Positions 10,425 to 20,400 of a stretch of DNA of 64,000 bases are shown here, in pieces. Positions within the stretch are counted from its first letter, which is position 1; each line of letters starts with the position of its first letter. A program made the translations under genes and the position numbers. This stretch comes from an uncultured delta proteobacterium (GTDB lineage Bacteria > Myxococcota_A > Polyangia > Fen-1088). The DNA lies in contig CAVYGB010000008.1 of the NCBI GenBank assembly GCA_963767925.1, positions 1,600,001 through 1,664,000 on the forward strand, given 5' to 3'. The notes under the pieces were generated by a model. That model worked only from the letters and a program-made list of their open reading frames with translations. It was not told the DNA's origin and did no database searches.

Positions 10425-12240
<1,816 letters not shown>

Positions 12241-12243
12241 GGG

Positions 12244-12747
12244 GTGGGACGCCGGTCCGCTTCCGGCGCCTGGCCCGCCGTCCTGGCTGCGCTGGCCGGG
12301 GCGGGGGGTGGGTGTATCGTGCCGCTGGCGCCGGAGTTCGAGGAGGAGCTCCGGGCCCCTCCCTTCGTGGTGACCTCACGGCCGGCGGTGGGCAGCAGGG
12401 TGCGGGACTCGGAGGCGGTGTTCGAGGTCGAGGTCCAGGATCCTAACAGCACGGACGACCTCTACGTGCGCTGGGTCATCGATTATCCGCCCTATACCGA
12501 GAACCTCAGCCGCCAGATCGACTACAACAAGCAGAAGAATCGGGGCCCCGGTCAGGTCAACCGGCACCGGATCGCCTTCTCGCCCAACTGCCTGCTGCAC
12601 CTGATCTCTCCAGCCGTCTCCGAGCATCGGCTGATGTTGCTGATCTCCGACCGGCCCTTCGAGGCAGCCCCCACCGCTCCCGACAAGGTGCCCCCCGACG
12701 CACACCTGGTGCGCGTCGTCTGGATGTTCGACAAGGAGTGCCGTTGA
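12244..12747 (+). CDS. Putative lipoprotein, unknown function
   Basis: Signal peptide ending in Cys (LAALAGAGGGC); starts 3 nt after the activator stop. Confidence 0.7.
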   Translation: MGRRSASGAWPAVLAALAGAGGGCIVPLAPEFEEELRAPPFVVTSRPAVGSRVRDSEAVFEVEVQDPNSTDDLYVRWVIDYPPYTENLSRQIDYNKQKNRGPGQVNRHRIAFSPNCLLHLISPAVSEHRLMLLISDRPFEAAPTAPDKVPPDAHLVRVVWMFDKECR

Positions 12748-14372
12748 GACACCTGGCCCTGAAACGCCTGCTGCCCGCGCTCCTGGCCGCCGCTTGCGGC
12801 AGCGAGGATGGGGGCGAGTGCAGCCGCGACGGGCAGTGTTCATCCGGGTCGGCCTGCGTGAGCCAGATCTGCGTGGCCCGGATCGGGCCCGAGCCGCAGC
12901 GCTGGAGCCTGGAGGTGGCGCCAAAGCTCGAGACGCCCTTCGCCAACCGGGAGCTGTCCGAGGTGCCGCTCGGGCCCCAGCCGGTGGTGATCGACCTCGA
13001 CCGGGCGGTGGCCATGAACGTCCGCATCAGCCGCCAGGCCTACGAACCGTCCGACATGCCCTCCTCCGTCCATGTGGTGCTGTCGGTCGCCTCCATGATC
13101 CCCGGGCGCCGCGACCTGCAGTTCGAAGGGGACGGCGTCAGCACGGGGGCGGGCCAGCCCTACGAGGCCAAGGTCCCCCTGCCCTCGGCCCTGATCGGCC
13201 GGCCGGGCCGGCTGACGGTGGTGCCGCTGGCGCCCCTGGACCGCTGGATGCCGCCCTGGATCCTCGACGCGACCGTGGCCGAGTCGACCGCCATCGCCCT
13301 CCCCGGGGCCGAGGACACCCTCACGCTGGAAGGCAGCGTCGATGCCGCCCCTCCCGCCGGGACCGATCCCGTGCCCTACGACGGCCGGCTCTTCGTGAAG
13401 GATCGCCTGGTCAGCAACGTGGCCCGCACCGACCCGGCCGGGAAGCTGCTCTTGCGGGTGCAAAGAAGCGTGGCCCAGGGAGCCGCCGAGATGCGGCTCG
13501 AGCTCGGACCCGCCGACCGGGCCCAGGAGCTGGCCACGGTGGCCGCTCGCATCGCACCCGGACAGACCAGCCTGCCCAGCCTGCGCATCCCACCTTTTCC
13601 GGCGCCGGTGGCCTTCGTCATCCCGGTGGCGGCCCGCGACGACGGCACCCGGGTGACCGGAGCGACCGTGCGTTTTGCCACCGTCATCGAGGCCGGGAGC
13701 AGCGGGGAGACGCGGTACGTGCGGGTAGCCCAGACCGACGCGGACGGCAACGCCACCATCCCCCTCATCCCGGGCTCGACCGGACAGACGCGCGACTACG
13801 TGGTCACCGTCGTCCCTCCCGCCACCTCGGAGCTCGGGGCCCTGTGCCTGGCCAGTTACGCGGTCGGCTCGGCGGTGGCCGATTCGCTGCGCGTTGGCGC
13901 CTTGATCGCCCTGCCTCGACGGGTGGCTACCCCGGGGCGCCTCCTCCGCTCCAACGGCCGCCCCGCCTCGATGGTCCGGGTGCGGGCGACCCGCCAGGGG
14001 GACCTGTTCAAGCCGGAGTGTGGCGGCGACCTGGCTTCCCCGCCCGCCGAGGCCGTCAGCGACGATGACGGCCGCTACCGCCTGGCGCTCGATCCCGGCG
14101 ACTACCGGCTGGAATACCTCCCCGCTCGGGGCACCGCGCTGCCGATGATGACCGAGGACCAGGTGGCGGTCGCCGACCTGGTCGACCGGGAGGTAGCGTT
14201 GCCCGAGGCGGTCCTCGTCGAGGGGCGGGTGGTGGGACCCGGGGGCGAGGCCATCGCCGACAGCGAGGTGCGAGCCTTCGGCAAGGACAGCGCCGGCGCC
14301 GTACAGCTCCAGGGCGTGGCGTCCTCCGGTCCGGATGGCGTCTTCCGCCTGGTGCTACCCCGACGATTTTAA
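12744..14372 (+). CDS. Putative lipoprotein with Cys-rich N-terminus and carboxypeptidase-regulatory-like beta-sandwich repeats
   Basis: TTG start after AAGGAG, overlapping the upstream TGA; lipobox LLAAAC; CSRDGQCSSGSAC; repeated TDADG/SDDDGRYRL/GPDGVFRL motifs. Confidence 0.72.
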   Translation: MRHLALKRLLPALLAAACGSEDGGECSRDGQCSSGSACVSQICVARIGPEPQRWSLEVAPKLETPFANRELSEVPLGPQPVVIDLDRAVAMNVRISRQAYEPSDMPSSVHVVLSVASMIPGRRDLQFEGDGVSTGAGQPYEAKVPLPSALIGRPGRLTVVPLAPLDRWMPPWILDATVAESTAIALPGAEDTLTLEGSVDAAPPAGTDPVPYDGRLFVKDRLVSNVARTDPAGKLLLRVQRSVAQGAAEMRLELGPADRAQELATVAARIAPGQTSLPSLRIPPFPAPVAFVIPVAARDDGTRVTGATVRFATVIEAGSSGETRYVRVAQTDADGNATIPLIPGSTGQTRDYVVTVVPPATSELGALCLASYAVGSAVADSLRVGALIALPRRVATPGRLLRSNGRPASMVRVRATRQGDLFKPECGGDLASPPAEAVSDDDGRYRLALDPGDYRLEYLPARGTALPMMTEDQVAVADLVDREVALPEAVLVEGRVVGPGGEAIADSEVRAFGKDSAGAVQLQGVASSGPDGVFRLVLPRRF

Positions 14373-14393
14373 GGGGTTTCGCTACCTGCTCGA

Positions 14394-14422
14394 TTGACAA
14401 GTGTCGGGGCGCCTCGTAGGGT
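14394..14422 (+). promoter_or_regulatory. Putative sigma-70 promoter
   Basis: TTGACA-17 nt-TAGGGT upstream of the membrane-protein/helicase pair. Confidence 0.6.
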
Positions 14423-14517
14423 CTCGGCGTCCGACTGACCGGCGCTCCGGCAGTCGAAGGAGGCGCTCGTTAGCCCCTCGAGACGACACGGTGTCGCTCA
14501 CAACCAAGTCTTCCGAT

Positions 14518-15117
14518 ATGGAGACCCCTCCCGGGTCTCGTTCCGCGACGTCTACGGCCGCTGCGACTGCCCTCGAGTTCCGGCCTTACCGGCGTTTCGT
14601 TTCGCTGGTCGCGCTCGGCGTCATCTTCGTCGGTGGCGGCTACCTGCTGGTCTCGGTCGGCGTGAGCATCTACCGCCAGCGAAACGCGGTCCCGACCGGC
14701 ACCCAGGTGAGCGCCCAGCTCAGCCTGCGCGAGATGCTGGGCTGCTGGCAGGAGCTGTCCGACGTGACCGAGGGGCTGCAGAAGCACCTCGAAAAGTCGC
14801 ACTATCTCCTCGGTGGCTACGACCAGGCGGAGGCCCAGCGCTGGGCCAGCGAGGGGGCCTTCTGGCGCAACCAGTGGAAGGCGCTCGGTGAACGCTGTCG
14901 CCTCAACCGACCGGTGCTCGCCCGCAGCGGCAAGGAGCTCGACGAGATGGTCGGGGCCTATCGCGAGCTGGAAGACACCGCCTCGGTCTATACCAAAGAG
15001 CTTTTGCGCTTCGGACGCGAGCAGGCGCCACGCCTGGACCGCATTCGTGTCCGGATCAACCGTATCGGCAAGCGCCTCGAGAACAAGCAGGGGCGCATGG
15101 GAGATTCAGAACCATGA
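14518..15117 (+). CDS. Hypothetical single-pass membrane protein (start uncertain: 14470 TTA, 14491 GTG or 14518 ATG)
   Basis: One TM helix (FVSLVALGVIFVGGGYLLVSVGVSIY) followed by a helical domain; ATGA overlap with the helicase start. Confidence 0.7.
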   Translation: METPPGSRSATSTAAATALEFRPYRRFVSLVALGVIFVGGGYLLVSVGVSIYRQRNAVPTGTQVSAQLSLREMLGCWQELSDVTEGLQKHLEKSHYLLGGYDQAEAQRWASEGAFWRNQWKALGERCRLNRPVLARSGKELDEMVGAYRELEDTASVYTKELLRFGREQAPRLDRIRVRINRIGKRLENKQGRMGDSEP

Positions 15118-17450
15118 ACGAGAACGAACCAGCCCCTCCGGCCGAGTCCGAGGCGGCTGAACCCCGCTCGGAGCAGTCCGGGCAGCCCGGGTCCACCCAA
15201 CTGTCTTTTGCCGCGCTCGACCTCGGGCCGGACGTGATCCGGGCGCTGACCGACATGGGCTTTGCCGAGCCCATGCAGGTCCAGGCCGAGGTGATCCCGC
15301 GGGTCCTCACCGCCCGAGATCTGATGGTGCAGTCGCGCACCGGATCGGGCAAGACCGCCGCCTTCGGCATCCCCCTGGTGGATCGCATCGTCAATCCGGA
15401 CAACAAGTTCGTGCAGGCCATCGTGCTGCTGCCCACCCGGGAGCTGGCCCTGCAGGTGGCCGGGGAGATCGCCCGCATCGCGGCCCATCGACCCATCGAG
15501 GTGGTTCCGGTCTACGGCGGCGCGCCCATGGGGCGGCAGATCGAGCAGCTCCGGGCGGGCGGGCAGATCGTCTGTGGCACCCCCGGGCGCGTCCTCGACC
15601 ACCTCCGGCGGGGGACCCTGGTGCTGGACCGGGTGCGCTGCGTGGTCCTCGACGAGTGTGACGAGATGTTGTCGATGGGCTTTCAGGAGGACATCGAGGC
15701 CATCGTCGAGCGGACGCCGAGCGACCGCCAGACGCTGCTGTTCTCTGCCACCGTGCCCGAAGGGATCCAGCGGCTGGCCCGGCGGTTTCTCCGCGACCCC
15801 GAGATGGTCAAGCTGTCGGCCGACTTCGTGGGGGTCCACGAGATCCGACACGTCTATTACGCCATCCCGGGCGGGCAGCGCGAGGCTGAGCTTCTGCGGG
15901 TGCTCGAGTTCGAGAACCCGGTGCGGGCCATCGTCTTTTGCAACACGCGGGAAGAGACCGGCCGGGTGGCCGAGTTCCTGCGCCGGCAGGGGTTCGAGGC
16001 GGAGGCGATCTCCTCGGACCTCTCGCAGGTGGATCGAGAGAAGGTCATGGGGCGCATGCGGGCCGGCTCGATCCGGTTCCTGGTGGCCACCGACGTCGCC
16101 GCCCGGGGGATCGACCTCGAGGCGCTGTCCCACGTCATCAACTACACCTTCCCCGAGTCGCCCGAGGTGTACATCCACCGCACCGGTCGGACCGGGCGCG
16201 CGGGACGGCACGGCACCGCCATCTCGCTCATCGGACCCACCGAGGTCGGACCGTTTTATTACGTCAAGCTGCTGTACAAGATCCGGCCGGAGGAGCGCTC
16301 CTTGCCCTCCGAGGCCGAGATCCGGGCCAAGCGGGAGGGCGAGCGCATCCAGACCCTGCGCGCACGCCTCAACCGCGACCCGGGACCCCTCTGGCGCTCG
16401 CTGGCCCGGCGGTTGATGAGCGCCCTCGATGGCGAGCAACTCTGCGCGGGTCTGCTCGCCGAGACGTTCGAGCGGGTGACGTTCGAGCGAGAGGGGGCCA
16501 GCCCCCCGGCACCCCGGGTCGAGGACCGGGCCATTCCCTCCCGGCCGCGCGAGCCCGGGCCCCGTGAGTCCGTGTTCCGCGACTCGGGTCCCCGCGACTC
16601 GGGTCCCCGCGACTCGGGTCCTCGCGAGTCCGGGCCCCGCGAGCCCCGAGAGTCCGGCCTCCGGGATTCCGGCCCACGTGACGCCGGGCCCCGCGAGTCC
16701 GGCCCGCGGGATTCGGGTCCCCCCCGGGATTCGGGTCCCCGGGATTCCGGATCGCGCGACGCCGGGCCCCGCGAGTCCGGCCCGCGGGATTCGGGTCCCC
16801 CCCGGGATTCGGGCCTCCGGGACTACGGGTCGAAGCCCCGCACGGACCGACCGGGGCGCGAGCGCTTCCGGGAGGACCGCGACCGGGGCCGCCGCCCGCG
16901 GGCAGAAGGCCCGGGCGATCGTCCGCCGTCCGATCGGCTGTCGACCCGCGAGGACCGACCCCGCCGGGAGCGCCGGCCCCCGCGGGAAGCGGGTCCCCCG
17001 CCCGTTCCCCCGCTGACGACGACGGTGACCGAGCCCGAGAGCACCACCCCGCGTCCCGCGGTGACCGGCGACCGCGACTTCTGGTCGGTATGGCGCGAGG
17101 ACGGCAGCAGCAGCGCCGCCCCGGTTGCCCCGACGGCGCCCGCGCCGTCGGCCGCGCCTTCGTTCGCTCCGCCGGCCCCTGCCCTGCCCGGGCCCGGGCT
17201 CTCCGAGTCCGATCAGGCCCGCCTGTTCCTGAACCTGGGACGGAAGGACGACGCCACCGCCGAGGAGGTGGCGGGGCTGTTCGGAGAGCTGGGGGTCGCG
17301 ATCCCGCCCGAGGACATCGAGCTCATGAACACGCACTGCTACGTCAACGTCCCCCCCGGGGACGCCGAGCGGCTGTGCACGTCCTTGAGCGGGCGCGAGC
17401 GGCAAGGCCGGCGCCTCTCCTGCGAGCCGGCCCGCCCCCGACGCCGCTAG
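15114..17450 (+). CDS. DEAD/DEAH-box RNA helicase with C-terminal DbpA-type RNA-binding domain
   Basis: SRTGSGKT, PTRELA, TPGR, DECD, SAT, ARGID, HRTGRTGR; C-terminal RLFLNLGRKD domain. Confidence 0.93.
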   Translation: MNENEPAPPAESEAAEPRSEQSGQPGSTQLSFAALDLGPDVIRALTDMGFAEPMQVQAEVIPRVLTARDLMVQSRTGSGKTAAFGIPLVDRIVNPDNKFVQAIVLLPTRELALQVAGEIARIAAHRPIEVVPVYGGAPMGRQIEQLRAGGQIVCGTPGRVLDHLRRGTLVLDRVRCVVLDECDEMLSMGFQEDIEAIVERTPSDRQTLLFSATVPEGIQRLARRFLRDPEMVKLSADFVGVHEIRHVYYAIPGGQREAELLRVLEFENPVRAIVFCNTREETGRVAEFLRRQGFEAEAISSDLSQVDREKVMGRMRAGSIRFLVATDVAARGIDLEALSHVINYTFPESPEVYIHRTGRTGRAGRHGTAISLIGPTEVGPFYYVKLLYKIRPEERSLPSEAEIRAKREGERIQTLRARLNRDPGPLWRSLARRLMSALDGEQLCAGLLAETFERVTFEREGASPPAPRVEDRAIPSRPREPGPRESVFRDSGPRDSGPRDSGPRESGPREPRESGLRDSGPRDAGPRESGPRDSGPPRDSGPRDSGSRDAGPRESGPRDSGPPRDSGLRDYGSKPRTDRPGRERFREDRDRGRRPRAEGPGDRPPSDRLSTREDRPRRERRPPREAGPPPVPPLTTTVTEPESTTPRPAVTGDRDFWSVWREDGSSSAAPVAPTAPAPSAAPSFAPPAPALPGPGLSESDQARLFLNLGRKDDATAEEVAGLFGELGVAIPPEDIELMNTHCYVNVPPGDAERLCTSLSGRERQGRRLSCEPARPRRR
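16548..16829 (+). repeat. Intragenic 15-bp tandem repeat encoding R(D/E)SGP pentapeptides
   Basis: About 18 degenerate units such as CGCGACTCGGGTCCC, with a higher-order duplication of 78-nt period. Confidence 0.92.
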
Positions 17451-17463
17451 CTGCTCTCATGCA

Positions 17464-20400
17464 CTAGCTGACCGAGTCCAGCGCCTGGACCAGGTCTTCG
17501 TGGTCCTCGGACAGCGCGAAGTCCACCAGGCGCAGAGCGACCGGAATCTCCAGCACGTCGGCCAGCCCCGAAGACGGGCGGCCGGCGGCGGCGGCGATGA
17601 GATCGAGCGCGCTGGCCAGGTCGGCGCAAGCGAGGAGGCCCGCGCGGGCCGCCGTCTCCTGGGCATCGAGAAAGAGGCCGTTGGGGGTGAAGCTCCCCGC
17701 AATCTCGTTGGCAAAGGGGGCCAGCTCGGCGCGCCGGCCCTTGCCCAGGGCCCGCCCCACCCGGGCGTCGGCCGCCGCGAGGGCCCCGTCCTCGAGGTCC
17801 GGGTAGGCGTAGTCGGGGAGGAACCGCCGCACGACCCCGGCCATGAGGGCGGCGGCCTCCATCGGGCTCCGCTCGAGCAGCAGATCGAAGTGGGTCTCGA
17901 TGAGGCGCAGGCACCAGCCGGCGGCGAAGCGCAGCGCGGGCCGTCCCTGCTTGGCGAGGCTGGCGCCGATCACAATGGCCGGCGGATCGGCCGGCTCCAC
18001 CGCCAGCGCCCGGGGGTCGCTGTCCGAGACATAGAGGTCGAACTCCCGCACGCCGAGGTCGCCGGCCACCGCCTCGAACTCCAGGCGGATCTCGCTGCCC
18101 GGACGCTGGCGGGCGGAGCGGCCGACCTGCCAGCGGCGCAGATCCGGCCGGTTGGCGTGGGCCAGGGCCGGGCCGAGCTGGCGAAGGACGTGGCGGATGC
18201 CCCCCTGGACACGCCGGGGCAGCGCCCGCTCGTCGAGATCGGGGTTGGCCAGCGGGGCGAGGCGGCGCCCCGACGAGAGAGTCTCGACCCAGCTCGCAGC
18301 CTCCCGGCTCTCGTCGAGGTGGGGGCTGTAGCGGCGCAGGAGCTGGGCGGCGCTGGTGGCGCTGGTCCGTCGCTGGCGCCAGCGCAGGATGGGAATCATC
18401 GTGCGCACGGTGGCGTTCAGGTTCTCGGGGTTGTTGCGCAAGTCGGCGCTCAGCAAGGACAGGGAACCCTCCAGGAGGACCTTGCGGGCCTGCGGCTCCT
18501 TGTTCCGATCGTGAAAGCGGGCCAGCTCACCGATGGCCTGCAGGCTGCGCGGCGATTCATCGACCGCGTGCCGGAAGATCACCCCCGCCCGCCGGCTGTC
18601 CCCCGCTGATTCCCACAGGGCGGCCAGGCGGATCAGGAAAGGCAGCCGCCGCTCGGGATCGGTCTCCTGCTCGACGAGGCGCTCGGTGACGGCGAGCGCC
18701 TTGCGGCTGTCGTTCTGGCGGGCGTAAAGCTCGGACAGGGCCTCCAGAGCCTCGCGGTTCCCGGGCGTGAGGCGCAGCACCCGCTCGAAGGCGCCCTGGG
18801 CGACCCGCGGGTCGTTGAGCCGCTGCAGGTAAAGGCGCCCTATCCGCAGGAAACAGGCCTCCAGGGCGGCGGGGTCGCGCTCGAAGCGCGCCTGCCGGAT
18901 GGACAGCTCCGCGGCCGCGCCGAAGTCGCCGTCGTCCAGCTCCAGCGCCGCCAATCGACCCAGGATGGCCGAGTTGTCCGGCTCGCTCTCGAGCAAGATG
19001 CGCAGCTCGGCCTTGGCCGCCGGCCGATCGCCGAGGGGACCGAGCAGCAGGTCGACCCGCTCGAGCCGCAAGGCGGTGACGTCTTCGGGGGAGGCGCCGG
19101 CCAGCCGGCGGGCCAGGAGGGTGGTGACCGCCTCCAGCTCGTTCGCCTCCTCGAGCAGCTTGCGCAGCCTGGTGAAGGCGGCGTCGTTGCGGGAATCGGC
19201 CGCCATCGCCCGCTCGAGCAGGCCCCGGGCCCGGCGCCCGTCGCGCAGCCGATCGGCCGCCAGGGTGGCGGCCAGGAAGAGCGCCTGCGATCGGCGGGTT
19301 GGTCGCCGCAATGCCTGCGCCTCGATCTCCAGGACGTCGACCGCCTCGGCAAAGGCGCCGCGCGCGACGAGCAGCTTGCGCAGGCGAACCAGGGCCGGCA
19401 GATGCTCGGGCTCGCTCTCCAGGGCGCGCCGGTACAGCCGCTCGGCCCGGTCGCGCCGCCCGGCGGCCTCCTCCGCCTCGGCAGCGCGGCTGAACAGCGA
19501 GGTCGAGAGGCGGGGGTCGGCGCCCGGGGTGAGGGCGATGCTCTGGGCCCGGGCCTCCAGCAGGGTCGGCAGGTCGGACGCCGGGGGGCTCCGGTTCTCC
19601 TCCGAGGCGACGTGCCGGCGAACCAGGGCCAGCGAGGGCCGCTCGCCCGCCCGGCGCAGGGCCTCGCGCAGCAGCCGCTGCGCGGTCTCGGGGTGGCCCT
19701 GCCCGTCGGCGATGAGCGCGGCGAGGAACTGGATCGACACGGCTTCGGCCGGCATCTCCCGCGCCAGCTCCTCGAGCAGCGTCACCACTTCGGCGCCGGT
19801 CGGGCGAGCGCCCGGCAGGGCCAGCAACATGACGCGCGCCTCGTGGCGGTCCGGGTCGAGCAGCCGGGCGGCGCTCAGCTCCCCCTGTGCCGACTCGGTA
19901 TTTCCCCGAAGATCGCGCTCGATCCGGCCCCGCTCGACGAGGGCGGCGGCGGCGGCCCGGGTGCGGCCGGCGCCGTTCAGGGCATCGTATTCGTCCCGCC
20001 AGAGGCCCTCCAGGCCGTCGCCGTCGCGCAGGGTCCACAGCACCCGCCGCAGCGCCAGGTCGGCGTCCCGGGCCAGGGGGCTGGCCAGCAGCTCCCGGTA
20101 GGCGGAGGCGGCTTCGCGCGTTTGCCCCGCCACCTCGAGCGCCTCGGCCCGCCGGAACTCCAGCTCGGTGGGCTCGTCGCCCGCGGGATTGCTGCGGCGG
20201 AGCTCGGCGAGCACCCCGATCCGGACCGTCGGGTCGTCGATCAGGCCGATGAGCCGGCGGCGCAGCAGGCCGCTGATGGCGTGGCTGGCCACCGGGGCGG
20301 CAGACCCCTGCAGCCAGCTCAGCGCCTCGGCGAAGGCGCCGGCCTGGATGAGCCAGCCGGCCGCCTCGTGCACCCGGTAGCGCGAGCCTTCACGGGCCGC

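Noticed and set aside
16548..16829. CRISPR or non-coding repeat interpretation of the 15-bp repeats
   Set aside because: The repeats are in frame within the helicase, vary mainly at synonymous positions, and have no spacers.
17447..17467. CTAG-13 nt-CTAG between convergent stop codons, ending ATGCACTAG like element copy C
   Set aside because: It could be an element scar, but it is too short and both CTAGs are explained by TAG stop codons.
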